NCBI GenBank assembly: GCA_965277105.1
Contig: OZ255710.1
Location: forward strand, 949,936-1,013,935
DNA from: Spirochaetota bacterium
GTDB lineage: Bacteria > Spirochaetota > UBA12135 > COTS27 > CAXSBA01
Direction of reading: 5' to 3'
Length of the DNA: 64,000 bases
Shown here: one piece after another, positions 13,332 to 24,091 of the stretch
Numbering within the stretch: position 1 is the stretch's first letter
How the letters are laid out: the number at the start of each line of letters is the position of its first letter
The notes under the pieces: model-generated
Told to the model about the DNA's origin: nothing
Database searches by the model: none
What the model saw: only the letters and a program-made list of their open reading frames with translations
Translations under genes and position numbers: made by a program

Positions 13332-13934
13332 CTATTTTTTAGATTTAAGATATAAACTAAAACTTTTACGATGAATACTGGTAATTCCTTTTTCCTCAAT
13401 AGCCTTATAGTGTTTTTTTACTGGGTAGCCTTTATTATTGATAAAATCATAATCTTGATATTTATCATGGTATTTTTGCATAATCTCATCCCTAGTAACT
13501 TTAGCTAAAATAGAAGCAGCCGCAATGGAATAAGAAATGCTATCTCCTTTTTTTAAAGCCAAAAAAGGGATATTGCTTTTTGGAAGTTTTAAATAATCAG
13601 TTAAAAGGAAATCGGGTTTTATCGTAATTTTTTCTAAAGCCTCATAAGCCGCTAACAAAGTGGCCTGCAAAATATTAATGGCATCAATAACGGTATTATC
13701 AACAATTCCCAACGCCCAAGCAAGCGAGTTTTTTTTTATGAAGTCGGCCAGTTCTTGGCGAAGCAAAGGGGAAATTTTTTTAGAATCATTAATCCGTGGA
13801 TCCATTGTTTTCTTATTTAAAATAACTACTGCACTTACCACTGGCCCCGCTAATGCTCCCCGGCCAGCTTCATCCACTCCTGCAATGTGCTTATAGTTTT
13901 TATATTTTTCCTCTAAAACAAAACTACAACCCAT
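13332..13934 (-). CDS. rnhB: Ribonuclease HII
   Basis: GVDEAGRGALAGPVV catalytic motif. Confidence 0.9.
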   Translation of the reverse strand: MGCSFVLEEKYKNYKHIAGVDEAGRGALAGPVVSAVVILNKKTMDPRINDSKKISPLLRQELADFIKKNSLAWALGIVDNTVIDAINILQATLLAAYEALEKITIKPDFLLTDYLKLPKSNIPFLALKKGDSISYSIAAASILAKVTRDEIMQKYHDKYQDYDFINNKGYPVKKHYKAIEEKGITSIHRKSFSLYLKSKK

Positions 13935-13945
13935 TTAAAAAAATT

Positions 13946-14569
13946 TCATGAAGAAGTTATTTTTTGGCAAATAGAACAATTATCGATCACATGCCCTCTT
14001 GCTTTGCAAAACTCTCTCCCGTAATAAATCATCTGCAAATGCAGGTTATTCCAATTTTTTTGCGGGAAAGCTTCTTTTAAATCAGCTTCCGTTTTTTTCA
14101 CATTAGTCCCATTACTCAGCTCCCAACGATAGGCCAAACGATGAATATGGGTATCCACTGGGAAAGTCGGGATATTAAACCCCTGCGCTAAAACCACCGA
14201 AGCCGTTTTATGCCCTACTCCTGGAAGTTTTTCTAAAGCAGTGAAATTATTAGGAACTTGATTATTATGCTCTTGGATAATAATTTGAGACAATTGATAA
14301 ATAGCTTGAGATTTTTTTTCACTAAGACCACACGGCCTAATAATTTGCTTAATTTTTTTCACCCCTAATTTTCTCATTAGTTCAGGGGTATCCGCTTTTT
14401 CAAAAAGCACTTTAGTGACTTTATTAACCGCTTTGTCAGTGCAATTAGCTGATAATAAAACTGCAATTAAAAGGGTGAAATTAGAATGAAAGTGAAGAGG
14501 CGGGCAAGGATTAGGGTAAAGCTCATTGAGGGTTTTAATAATAAACTTTACTTTTTTAGCTAGTAGCAA
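13946..14569 (-). CDS. nth: Endonuclease III (HhH-GPD glycosylase with 4Fe-4S cluster)
   Basis: HhH-GPD region and C-terminal C-x6-C-x2-C-x5-C (CKARGHVIDNCSIC). Confidence 0.85.
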   Translation of the reverse strand: MLLAKKVKFIIKTLNELYPNPCPPLHFHSNFTLLIAVLLSANCTDKAVNKVTKVLFEKADTPELMRKLGVKKIKQIIRPCGLSEKKSQAIYQLSQIIIQEHNNQVPNNFTALEKLPGVGHKTASVVLAQGFNIPTFPVDTHIHRLAYRWELSNGTNVKKTEADLKEAFPQKNWNNLHLQMIYYGREFCKARGHVIDNCSICQKITSS

Positions 14570-14595
14570 TAAAATTAAAAATAGTCTAAAAAAAA

Positions 14596-14946
14596 TTACG
14601 ATTGGTTTTTATTTTCTTTCTCGTTACGGTCATTAATGGAAATTTTTCCCGTCGTTGAAGCCCCTTTGTCAATTTTAATATTAGCACTCGTCATCTTACC
14701 TTTAACCGTTCCCGTTTCCATAACATTAATGCTATTACTAGCAGTAACCTCTCCTTCCAAAGAGCCTGCTACTGTTATATTTTTAGCTTTAGCATTAGAC
14801 TTCACTACTCCGGTAATTTCCACAAAAACATCTCCTAAGGTAACTATATCTCCTTCAAATCTACCACTAATTTTCACATCATTTTTCGAGTTAATTCTTC
14901 CTTTAGCCACAATATTACTACCGATAATCGTTACATCTTTTTTCAT
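14596..14946 (-). CDS. Bactofilin-family cytoskeletal protein
   Basis: 116-aa beta-helical repeat sequence typical of DUF583/bactofilin (GSNIVAKGRINSK... ITVAGSLEGEV...). Confidence 0.7.
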   Translation of the reverse strand: MKKDVTIIGSNIVAKGRINSKNDVKISGRFEGDIVTLGDVFVEITGVVKSNAKAKNITVAGSLEGEVTASNSINVMETGTVKGKMTSANIKIDKGASTTGKISINDRNEKENKNQS

Positions 14947-14955
14947 TGTATTCCT

Positions 14956-16788
14956 TTAAAAAAGTTTCTCTTCAAAAGAAACCTGGTTTTTTAAATAAGC
15001 AATTCTATCTTCGTCCATCTGGCTTTCATCAATCTGGAGGGCTAGTTCTTGTAGCTGATTCGCACTAGCAGTTGAAGGAGAGTTCATCATTAAGTCTTGC
15101 CCTTTTTGAGTTTTAGGGAAAGCAATAACATCCCTTATATTAGTTGTCTGCATAAGCACCATAATAAGCCTATCTAAACCAGGAGCAGCTCCCCCATGAG
15201 GCGGCGCTCCAAAATCAAAAGCCTTAAGCAGGTGAGCAAATTTTGCATTAATCTCTTCTTCGCTAAGCCCAATGAGTTTCATAACTTTTTTCTGCAAACT
15301 ACTTTGAAAAATCCGCAAACTACCACTACAAAGCTCATAGCCATTGCAAATTAAATCAAACTGGGTACTTTTTACCTTTAAAGGCTCACTATCTAAGTAT
15401 TTTTCATCTTCCTTTTTAGGTAAAACAAACATATGATGCAGTGGGTCATAGCGTTTTTCTTGCTTATTCCAACTCAATAAAGGATAATCTACAATAAAGG
15501 CAAAAGCCAATTTATCTTTATCAATCAAATGGTATTTTTCCGCAACTTTAACTCGCAGCAGACCCATAGCTTCGTTTATTTTCTCTTCTTCATCTCCACC
15601 TAATAGCAATAGTTCGTTATTTTTTAAATCAAGCGAATCTTTTAAGGCCAAAATCTCATCAGAAGAAAGGTGTTTTTTAATAGAGGACTTCCATTCATCA
15701 CCATTAAAATAAATCCAAATTAGCCCCCCTAACCCACACTGCTGAGCTAAAGTGATTAGCCCATCTAAATCAGAGCGGCTTAACTCTTCTTGCGGGCTCC
15801 AATGAAAGCCTTTGATCTTACCGGGCTTAGCTAAAATATTTTGAAAAACTTTAAATTGAGAATTTTGAAAGGCAGCCGAAACATCATTAATTTCTAAACC
15901 AAACCTTAAATCTGGTTTATCATTACCATATTTTGCCATAGATTCTTTAAAAGATATTCTAGGGAAAGTCGAGGATAGGATTCTTTTTTCATCGAAAAGG
16001 TTAGTGCATATACTGGTAACTAATTCTTCTAATAGTGCAATAATTTCATCCCTTTCAACGAAGCTCATCTCCATATCTATTTGGGTATGCTCGGCTTGAC
16101 GATCAGCTCGACTATCTTCATCGCGCAGCGCTCGCGCAATTTGAAAATATTTTTTAAACCCCCCTACCATCAAAAGTTGCTTGTATTGTTGGGGAGATTG
16201 AGGAAGGGCGTAAAATTCTCCCGGATAAACTCTAGAAGGCACCAAAAAATCCCGGGCTCCTTCAGGAGTAGTCTTAGTTAAGATAGGAGTTTCAATTTCG
16301 GCAAAACCTTTTTGATTAAGGAAATTTCTTACTAAATGAGTTACCTGATACCTTTTTAAAATAAAGTTTTTTGCTCTTTCTCTTCTTAAATAAAGATAGC
16401 GATATTTTATAGCGTCATCCGAGACGGGAGTTTCTTCATTGATTTTAAACGGAAGTGGACTACAGGTATTAAGGATTTCTAATTTAGTTAAAGCAATTTC
16501 AATATCGCCACTTTTTATTTTTTCATTAATGGTTTCTGCTGAGCGTTTAGTTACTTCGCCAAAAATTCTAATAACATATTCTTCTTTTAACCCTTCAGCT
16601 AGGGAAAAATATTCTTTAGCTAATTCATCATTGGTAACGCATTGAATAATGCCAGAGTGATCTCTTAGCATAATAAAAATAAGCCCGCCGTGATTTCGAA
16701 GGCTATTAACCCAGCCAGATAAGACTACTTTTTCTCCGGTATGGTTGTTGGATAAATCGGAACATTGATGACTAGAAAAGGAATTCAT
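14956..16788 (-). CDS. aspS: Aspartate--tRNA ligase
   Basis: Class II aaRS motifs, OB anticodon-binding N-terminus, GGLDRL motif 3. Confidence 0.95.
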   Translation of the reverse strand: MNSFSSHQCSDLSNNHTGEKVVLSGWVNSLRNHGGLIFIMLRDHSGIIQCVTNDELAKEYFSLAEGLKEEYVIRIFGEVTKRSAETINEKIKSGDIEIALTKLEILNTCSPLPFKINEETPVSDDAIKYRYLYLRRERAKNFILKRYQVTHLVRNFLNQKGFAEIETPILTKTTPEGARDFLVPSRVYPGEFYALPQSPQQYKQLLMVGGFKKYFQIARALRDEDSRADRQAEHTQIDMEMSFVERDEIIALLEELVTSICTNLFDEKRILSSTFPRISFKESMAKYGNDKPDLRFGLEINDVSAAFQNSQFKVFQNILAKPGKIKGFHWSPQEELSRSDLDGLITLAQQCGLGGLIWIYFNGDEWKSSIKKHLSSDEILALKDSLDLKNNELLLLGGDEEEKINEAMGLLRVKVAEKYHLIDKDKLAFAFIVDYPLLSWNKQEKRYDPLHHMFVLPKKEDEKYLDSEPLKVKSTQFDLICNGYELCSGSLRIFQSSLQKKVMKLIGLSEEEINAKFAHLLKAFDFGAPPHGGAAPGLDRLIMVLMQTTNIRDVIAFPKTQKGQDLMMNSPSTASANQLQELALQIDESQMDEDRIAYLKNQVSFEEKLF

Positions 16789-16842
16789 ATTAATAATTTT
16801 ATCATAAATATTTTGCTTTTAGAGAAAGTTAGAAAAATCTTC

Positions 16843-18522
16843 TTAATTTTTCCTTAAACTTTCTTGATAGGCTCGATAGACGTTGTTATTGATAATAGAA
16901 TTATATTTTTTCACCTCTTGTTCGAAATAGTTTTTCGAAAAAATCAAAGAACTTTGGAAAAGATCCTTGGTAATGTAGCGCGCCTGCGAATTATCAAACT
17001 GCAAATTATTTATTTTTTCGATAGCATCTTTCTCTAAATCACCCCTTATAGGAAAAGCCAAAACCCAACCCCAAGGCCCAAAACTAGGAACCGCTGTCTG
17101 ATAAGGGATAGTGAAAAATCCCGCTTTTTCTAAAGTATTTTTTATAGTTAAAAACGTATTTCTAGCATAAAAAGGAGAAGAGGCTTGCTGGACAATAGCT
17201 CCACCTGGGGTTAACTTATTTTTTAAAAGAGCATAAAAAGAAAGGGAATATAACTTAGCTAACTCTAAATGATGGGGATCAGGAAAATCTAAAATAATCA
17301 CATCGTAAGTGCCAATAATATTGCGAACAAACTCATAAGCATCGATATTGAGTATTTGAAGCGATAAAAACGACTCTTCTTTTGCTGGAGAAAAAGAATT
17401 TTGATTAGGGATAACAAAACTTTCCATTCCGTCCTTCCATTGTAGTCCTATGTTAGGCAAAGCTACTGTCTTGCTATTTAAAAGACTATCTTGATTGATT
17501 TTTCTAAAAACTGAATGGTTCTTAGCAAGTTCTGTCACATGCGGATCTAGGTCAACTAAAACAATATTTTTTACCGTAGGGTACTTTAAAACTTCTCTAA
17601 TAGCGAGCCCATCTCCCCCTCCCAGTACTAAAATATTTTGCGGGCTCTGGGCTAGCTCCATAACCGGGTGAACTAAAAACTCATGGTAGATAAACTCATC
17701 TTGACTATTAAACTGCAAGTGGCCATTAAGGTAAAAAGAATAATTACCTACTTTGCTTTTGGTTAGCACCATATTTTGATAAGGGGTAGAGTGAGCATAT
17801 ACTACTTGATCGCGAAAAAGTTTTTGTTCTAGAAAAGGAGTAATTTTCGGAGAATAAAAAAAAGCCAGGGAATGCCCTAAGGTAATGAGTAATAAAAACC
17901 CCCATAATAATTTTTTTTTCTGGTAATGCTCTTTAAAAACTAGTAAGGCAATAACTAGCCCCAAGAGATTAATCAACGCTAGAGAAAAGCCTACTTGCAA
18001 AATGGTTTCTAGATAATTCACCAAAATAAACAGCCACAAAATAGAACCTAAAAAACCACCAAAATAATCAAAACGAAAAATTTGGGCTAGGTTAATTTTT
18101 AATTGATTGCTTTTTTTTTGATTTAATCGCAGCAAAAGAGGCACTTCCATTCCAATAATAAAGCCAATGGAAAAAGTAAAAAAAAACTGCCCCACCATAT
18201 AGTAGGCTCGGCCTTCGCCAAAAATATAATAAAGGGCCAAGGGACCAAATCCTCCAAAAAGAGAAAGGGCTATTTCTGAAAAAAAAAACCCATAAAATAA
18301 ATATTTCTCAGGGATTTTGCGTTGATAATCAGCCCCTAATCCCATAGCCATTAGCATAAACCCAATAATCAGCGCCCATTGGCTATGGCTAGAACCTAAT
18401 AAATCAGAGCCTAACTTCGAAAGGGTGTATTCGTAAGCTAAGCTACAAATACCAATAATAAAAGTCAGGGCGTAAAGCCCCAAACGATAAGCTAGGAAAG
18501 AAGAATTATCTTTAACAGCCAT
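16843..18522 (-). CDS. speE: Polyamine aminopropyltransferase (spermidine synthase) with N-terminal multi-TM domain
   Basis: C-terminal VLVLGGGDGLAIREVLKY and VDLDP motifs; about 7 predicted TM helices in first 230 aa. Confidence 0.8.
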   Translation of the reverse strand: MAVKDNSSFLAYRLGLYALTFIIGICSLAYEYTLSKLGSDLLGSSHSQWALIIGFMLMAMGLGADYQRKIPEKYLFYGFFFSEIALSLFGGFGPLALYYIFGEGRAYYMVGQFFFTFSIGFIIGMEVPLLLRLNQKKSNQLKINLAQIFRFDYFGGFLGSILWLFILVNYLETILQVGFSLALINLLGLVIALLVFKEHYQKKKLLWGFLLLITLGHSLAFFYSPKITPFLEQKLFRDQVVYAHSTPYQNMVLTKSKVGNYSFYLNGHLQFNSQDEFIYHEFLVHPVMELAQSPQNILVLGGGDGLAIREVLKYPTVKNIVLVDLDPHVTELAKNHSVFRKINQDSLLNSKTVALPNIGLQWKDGMESFVIPNQNSFSPAKEESFLSLQILNIDAYEFVRNIIGTYDVIILDFPDPHHLELAKLYSLSFYALLKNKLTPGGAIVQQASSPFYARNTFLTIKNTLEKAGFFTIPYQTAVPSFGPWGWVLAFPIRGDLEKDAIEKINNLQFDNSQARYITKDLFQSSLIFSKNYFEQEVKKYNSIINNNVYRAYQESLRKN

Positions 18523-19109
18523 TAATTAAGAAGATTTTTTTTAAAAGCTAGAAGCTTATCGACCACTCCATAGGAAAAACCTCTTCGTTGAAGTTTTTTA
18601 ATAAAAGTTAGTTCATCGTCTATTTTTCTAGATTCGTAAAAATTTTCAAGCATAGTCCTGTCATCAAAAGCATGCTCTTCTATTTCTTCTTTTGAAAAAC
18701 CTTCTTGAATTAATTCTTTTTTAACAATCCACCAAGGTTTTTTGGCAGTAGCAAAACGATGGTCAACAAAGTTGGTTAAAAAACGCTCGGGAGCGTAAAA
18801 CTTTTCTTTAGTAATTTTCTTTTTTATTTTATCTTTTAATTTTTGATGCACTTTTCTTTTTTCAAACCAACTTTCTAACTTTCGAGGAGAAACATCTTTT
18901 CTCGCTAAAAACAAGTACAATTCTTCCAAAAGAAAATGATATTCTTTTTTAATAATCGTTTTTAAATCAAACGGATTAGTCGAATCATTAGAAATAGTTT
19001 TTTGTTTGAAAAAGTAATGGTAAGTTTTATTGCCAATAGTGAGTAATGGCTGCTCTTTTTTTTCCACTAGGTACCGAAGGGGTTTGTCTTGGATTTTGTG
19101 AGCACGCAT
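18522..19109 (-). CDS. recX: Probable RecX-family regulatory protein
   Basis: Three-helix repeat pattern; RFLTNFVDHRF ... ELIQEGFS and terminal QRRGFS resemble RecX repeats. recA is not adjacent. Confidence 0.45.
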   Translation of the reverse strand: MRAHKIQDKPLRYLVEKKEQPLLTIGNKTYHYFFKQKTISNDSTNPFDLKTIIKKEYHFLLEELYLFLARKDVSPRKLESWFEKRKVHQKLKDKIKKKITKEKFYAPERFLTNFVDHRFATAKKPWWIVKKELIQEGFSKEEIEEHAFDDRTMLENFYESRKIDDELTFIKKLQRRGFSYGVVDKLLAFKKNLLN

Positions 19110-19193
19110 TAAAAAAATATTTATTTTAGAAAATTTCTTCTAAAAAAGAAATTTTAATTATTGTTTTTCGATTAAAATTTAATCACTTTATTT

Positions 19194-20015
19194 TTAATTT
19201 TTTTTTAAGAAATCCACTACGTTGTAAAAAAAAATCATCCCTAAACCGTCTTCTTTTTTTAAAAAAGGGAATTTTTTATACTCTTTAATTATTTTGCTTT
19301 GGAGGTAATGCGGGGCTAAGTTTTTGGCATGAAAGGCTTCTGGATGAGGCATTAAACCAAAAACATTACCCTGTTCGTTAGTAAGTCCTGCAATATTTAG
19401 TAAAGAGCCATTAGGGTTAACTTCTTTATTAACAGAAAAATCTTCTCCACTATAAATTAAGGCAGCAACATTTTTATCAGCAATTTCTTTAAGAGTGGCT
19501 GGCTTAGTGAAAAACTTCCCTTCTCCATGCCTAATGGGAAGGGCTAAAGGGAGAGTGAGTTTTTCTAAATGCTTTAGCCAAAAAGAGTGATTGGTTGGAC
19601 TTTTTTTTAGATAACTCCACTGATTAATAAAAGCATTATTTTGATTATCAATGAGTGTTACCTCTATTTCGTTTTTCTTACTAATATTAGGCAGCAGCCC
19701 TGTTTTAACTAAGATTTGAAAACCATTACAAATACCCATAACCGGCCAGCCGGCTTGAATAAATTTTTTAAATTCTTCTAATAAATAAAAAATGATTTTA
19801 TTGGCCATCATTTTCCCCGAAGCAATATGATCGCCATAGGCAAAACCACCGGGAATAACTATGGCTTGAAATTCTGCTAGTTTTTTTTGGTTAGCAATCA
19901 AAGCGTTAATATGCATAATAATAGGCTGAGCTCCTGCCTTGGAAAAAGCTAAGGCTGTTTCTTTTTCACAGTTAATCCCATAACCACTAATAATCAAAAC
20001 TTTAACTTTACTCAT
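19194..20015 (-). CDS. purQ: Phosphoribosylformylglycinamidine synthase, glutaminase subunit PurQ
   Basis: Class I GATase, GICNGFQ catalytic Cys motif, HPE near C-terminus. Confidence 0.85.
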   Translation of the reverse strand: MSKVKVLIISGYGINCEKETALAFSKAGAQPIIMHINALIANQKKLAEFQAIVIPGGFAYGDHIASGKMMANKIIFYLLEEFKKFIQAGWPVMGICNGFQILVKTGLLPNISKKNEIEVTLIDNQNNAFINQWSYLKKSPTNHSFWLKHLEKLTLPLALPIRHGEGKFFTKPATLKEIADKNVAALIYSGEDFSVNKEVNPNGSLLNIAGLTNEQGNVFGLMPHPEAFHAKNLAPHYLQSKIIKEYKKFPFLKKEDGLGMIFFYNVVDFLKKN

Positions 20016-20018
20016 CGT

Positions 20019-23000
20019 TTAAAAAATTAAAGATTCCTTCCATAGTTTTTTTAAATTATCAAGCGGATGATTAATAATAATATTTTTTTCTTGCTTTATA
20101 GTAAAGGTTTTTTCTTCTTTGGTAGTTCCTAAAAAAGTTAGAGAAGAAGCGAAATGCTTTTCTACTTTTTCTTTTTTATCATTAGCCACTTCAATGATCA
20201 ACCGTCCCGCACTCTCAGAAAATAATTTTTTAAAAAGAACTTCTTGGGGATTTGAACGAAGATCAGCATCGCTACTTTCTAAGGTTAAGTTATTTAAATC
20301 TACTTCTATTCCTTGATTTCCTCCCCAGGCCGATTCCCCTAATGCCACGGCTAAGCCACCATCGCTAACATCATGGCAAGCAAGGATTAAATCTTTTTGA
20401 ATAGCTTCAAATACTTTTTTATATAAAGCAAAATTTTTCTTAGGACTAACCTGAGGAACCCGATTCCCCACATAACCCAAAACGTCATAAGCCTCACTTG
20501 CTCCCAGCTCATCTTTAGTTTCTCCCAAAAGGAAAATTAAAGAATCACTGCGTTTGAAAAAAGTCGTCATAGTTTTCTTAACATCAGGTATAATCCCAAT
20601 CAACGTAAACAGTAAAGTAGGCAAAACTGAGATTTTTTCTTTTCCTTTACCATAATCGTTTTTCATAGAATCTTTTCCAGAAATTAATGGAAGATTATAG
20701 GCAAGCACCATTTCTTTTAAAGCAAAATTGGCGCGTACTAGTTGGGCTAATTTAAATTCACCATCGGGAGTTTCAGCACTCTCTATAGGGTCGGGCCAGC
20801 AAAAATTATCCAGCCCATACATTCTAGCAATGTCTCCTCCACAAGCCACGTAATTTCTTACTGCTTCATCAACAACTGCTCTAGCCATCTCGTAAGTATC
20901 AACTTTACTATAACGCGAGAGGATTCCATTGGTAACGATTAACCCTGCTTTGGAATCAGCTAAAGGCTTGATCCCACCTCCATCCATAGGCGCCTCATAA
21001 CTTTCGCCATCAAAAGGCTTTAAAATAGTTTGGGCTTTTACTTCGTGGTCGTACTGCCTTACCCAGTGCTCTTTAGAAGCAATGTTTTTGCTTTGAATTA
21101 ATTTTAGGAAAAAACGATTAAGATTAATTTTTTTTAGTGAAGGCTCGGGGAATTTTTTTGGATGATAACGAGCAGTGAGTTGGAGTTGTGGATTACCCTC
21201 ATGGAGAAAATCCATAGCTAAATGAGCCACTATTTTTTTATGATAATAAATACTAAAAAATCCACTATTAGTAAAATGCCCCAAAACCGAAATTTCGCAA
21301 TCATAAAGCTTTGCTAATTGCATTAAAGCTTTTATTTTTTTAGGATTAACTGCTAATGTCATTCTCTCTTGCGACTCAGAAACGATGATTTCCCAAGGCT
21401 GCAAGGCGGGATATTTTAAAAGGGCTAGTTCTAAATGCACTTCAGCTCCCCCGCTAATAGTAGCCATTTCACCAATAGAAGAGGAAAGTCCTCCGGCCCC
21501 ATTATCGGTAAGTGTTTGATAAAGGTCTTTATCGCGAGCCGCTAATAAAAAATCCGTCATTTTTTTTTGGGTGAAGCTATCTCCAATTTGCACTACGGAA
21601 GTAGGAGAATCTTCTAATAAAGTTCCTGAAGAAAAAGTAGCCCCATGAATACCATCTTTGCCAATTCGCCCTCCTACCATAACAATCAAATCTTGAGAAT
21701 GAATTTTTTTTTCATGGCTAAATTCTTTTTTAATTTTTCTAGGAATAATTCCCCCGGTCCCACAAAAAACTAATGGCTTACCTAAAAAAGAATCATCAAA
21801 AACAATAGCGCCATTAATCGTAGGGATACCTGATTGATTACCCCCTTTTTCAATACCTCGATGAACACCTTTAAATATTTTTTGAGGATGAAGAAGTTTT
21901 TTAGGAATCACTTTTCTATAAAAAGGGTCAGCAAAACAAAAAACATTGGTATTAAAAAGTGGTTCAGCACCTTTGCCAGTTCCTAAAATATCTCGATTTA
22001 CTCCCAAAATACCCGTTATAGCTCCCCCAAAAGGCTCTAAAGCAGAAGGAGAATTATGGGTTTCCACTTTCATAGCAATGGCGTATTTTTCATTAAAAGC
22101 AAAAATCCCAGCATTGTCCGAAAAAACCGATAACAAATCTTTTCGCTTAGCTTTAAGGGTAAAAGTGGGTTTTTTAATGTATTCTTGATAAAGAGAATTA
22201 ATAACTTTTTTCTGTCTACCACTTTCATAGTACTCTATGTGGGCTGAGAAAATTTTATGCTTGCAATGCTCACTCCAAGTTTGCGCTAGTATTTCCATTT
22301 CTACATCCGTAGGATTTTTTGGCAAGCCTAATTTTTCTCTGATTTTTTTTACAGAAGGTTTTTGATAATGCTTTATAATAGCTTCTAACTCTTGAATATT
22401 TAAAGCATACATTTTTTCTCTAGAAAGTTTTTCTAAAGAACTTTGACTTTTAGCAGAGCCTAGTAAATCAATGGTCTCAAAATATTTTAACGATGAAGAA
22501 AGCTTTTCTTGATTATTCGCAAAAGGATTTTTATCGATGAATAATGTTTTAGCATTAGCATTTAACGGGGTAATATTTATTTCTTGGATAAGAGGATTGA
22601 AAAGTAAATTATCAGCTATTATTTTAATCTTTTTCTTAGTAAGGTTTTTCCCTTTTAATAAAAACCACGTGGTGCTTTTGAGCTTAGTATCCTTAACCCA
22701 ATTTTCTTTCAAATAATCTTGTAAGCCAACTTTTAAAGTACGCGCTAAATTATCCACCACCCCCGGCTTGAAAGTTATTTCCAAACAAAAATGCCAGCTA
22801 CTAACGGGAAGGCTATTAATGAAAATTTTTTCAACTAGAGGATCTATAATGACTTTCTCGGCAATTTCTTTAATAGTTTTTTTTTCATACTCGCCCCCAA
22901 TGTAAAATCCTTTAATTATTTTGACATCGGTTAAAGCATAATTTTTGTAATACTTTTGAATATCTAACTTGAGTTTTTTATCAGCACTGGTTGAAAAAAG

Positions 23001-23027
23001 TGATTTAACTATTAGAGTATAATGCAC
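20019..23027 (-). CDS. purL: Phosphoribosylformylglycinamidine synthase PurL with N-terminal PurS-like extension (PurSL fusion, 1002 aa)
   Basis: PurM-like AIR-synthase domains. Extra about 250 aa at N-terminus includes a PurS-like ITFKPGVVDNLARTLKVGLQDY segment. Confidence 0.85.
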   Translation of the reverse strand: MHYTLIVKSLFSTSADKKLKLDIQKYYKNYALTDVKIIKGFYIGGEYEKKTIKEIAEKVIIDPLVEKIFINSLPVSSWHFCLEITFKPGVVDNLARTLKVGLQDYLKENWVKDTKLKSTTWFLLKGKNLTKKKIKIIADNLLFNPLIQEINITPLNANAKTLFIDKNPFANNQEKLSSSLKYFETIDLLGSAKSQSSLEKLSREKMYALNIQELEAIIKHYQKPSVKKIREKLGLPKNPTDVEMEILAQTWSEHCKHKIFSAHIEYYESGRQKKVINSLYQEYIKKPTFTLKAKRKDLLSVFSDNAGIFAFNEKYAIAMKVETHNSPSALEPFGGAITGILGVNRDILGTGKGAEPLFNTNVFCFADPFYRKVIPKKLLHPQKIFKGVHRGIEKGGNQSGIPTINGAIVFDDSFLGKPLVFCGTGGIIPRKIKKEFSHEKKIHSQDLIVMVGGRIGKDGIHGATFSSGTLLEDSPTSVVQIGDSFTQKKMTDFLLAARDKDLYQTLTDNGAGGLSSSIGEMATISGGAEVHLELALLKYPALQPWEIIVSESQERMTLAVNPKKIKALMQLAKLYDCEISVLGHFTNSGFFSIYYHKKIVAHLAMDFLHEGNPQLQLTARYHPKKFPEPSLKKINLNRFFLKLIQSKNIASKEHWVRQYDHEVKAQTILKPFDGESYEAPMDGGGIKPLADSKAGLIVTNGILSRYSKVDTYEMARAVVDEAVRNYVACGGDIARMYGLDNFCWPDPIESAETPDGEFKLAQLVRANFALKEMVLAYNLPLISGKDSMKNDYGKGKEKISVLPTLLFTLIGIIPDVKKTMTTFFKRSDSLIFLLGETKDELGASEAYDVLGYVGNRVPQVSPKKNFALYKKVFEAIQKDLILACHDVSDGGLAVALGESAWGGNQGIEVDLNNLTLESSDADLRSNPQEVLFKKLFSESAGRLIIEVANDKKEKVEKHFASSLTFLGTTKEEKTFTIKQEKNIIINHPLDNLKKLWKESLIF

Positions 23028-23045
23028 TAGTATCCCTTGTTATTT

Positions 23046-24041
23046 TTAAACGGTAATGTCTTTCAAACAAATTACTCCCACCAGTTTTTCCTGTTGATTA
23101 AGCACGGGGATTTCTCCAACTTTTTTTTCAACCATAATTTTCTGAGCTTCCCAAACATATTGATCTTGATTAATCGTGATAAAACTTTTATTCATATAAT
23201 TTTTAATAGAATTTCCCATTTGATGATTTTCGGTAAAAAGCCTCCTTAAATCCCCATCTGAAAAAATACCTACTAAATTATTTTTATTATTAGTAATCAC
23301 CGCTAAACCAATACGAGCATTAGTCATTTTTAACAACGCCTCACCTACCTTAGTAGTGGCAGTAACTTGAGCAATGTCTTTTTGTTTTCGCATAACTTCT
23401 TTTACATACATAAGTCGTAGCCCTAAACTTCCCCCCGGGTGATTACTCGCAAAAGAGTTTTCAGTAAATTGTTTATCGCTTTCTACTAAACTCACTGCTA
23501 AAGCATCCCCTAAGACCAACATAGCAGTAGTTGAAGTGGTAGGCGCTAAGCCTAAAAAACAGGCCTCTTCGCTTTTGCCGATAAGCAGGGTAAGAGTAGC
23601 TTCACTAGCGAGGTAAGATTTAGAGTTACTAGTAACCGCAATTAAAGGTGCTTTGATTTTTTTTATGGGGCCAATAATTGAAGTAGTTTCTTTGGTCTCC
23701 CCACTATTAGAAAAAAGGAAAACTAAGTCTTCTTCTCTTATCATTCCCAAGTCACCATGAGCAGCTTCAGCAGAGTGCATAAAAAAAGCAGATTTTCCTA
23801 GACTAGAAAAAGTACTAGCTATTTTTTGAGCAATTAGCCCCGCTTTGCCAATCCCCGAGAAAATTAGCTTACCCTTGCATTTTTTAATTTTCTCAATGAC
23901 TAGATTAAAATTATTATCTAATTTTTTCTCTAAATCGACTAGTCCTTTTTTCTCTAAAGCAATAACTTTTTTAGCAAAAGACAAGTAATTTTTTTTCACA
24001 TAAATAATTGTAAAATGAAAATCATTTTTTTTCAGCAACAA
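23046..24041 (-). CDS. kdsD: Arabinose-5-phosphate isomerase (KdsD/KpsF; SIS + tandem CBS)
   Basis: SIS domain GIGKAGLIAQKIASTFSSLG and C-terminal CBS pair. Implies KDO/LPS synthesis. Confidence 0.85.
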   Translation of the reverse strand: MLLKKNDFHFTIIYVKKNYLSFAKKVIALEKKGLVDLEKKLDNNFNLVIEKIKKCKGKLIFSGIGKAGLIAQKIASTFSSLGKSAFFMHSAEAAHGDLGMIREEDLVFLFSNSGETKETTSIIGPIKKIKAPLIAVTSNSKSYLASEATLTLLIGKSEEACFLGLAPTTSTTAMLVLGDALAVSLVESDKQFTENSFASNHPGGSLGLRLMYVKEVMRKQKDIAQVTATTKVGEALLKMTNARIGLAVITNNKNNLVGIFSDGDLRRLFTENHQMGNSIKNYMNKSFITINQDQYVWEAQKIMVEKKVGEIPVLNQQEKLVGVICLKDITV

Positions 24042-24091
24042 AAATCATCTTCCCACCTAAGTGAGCTAAAAAAGGAATTCGACCGATTTTT

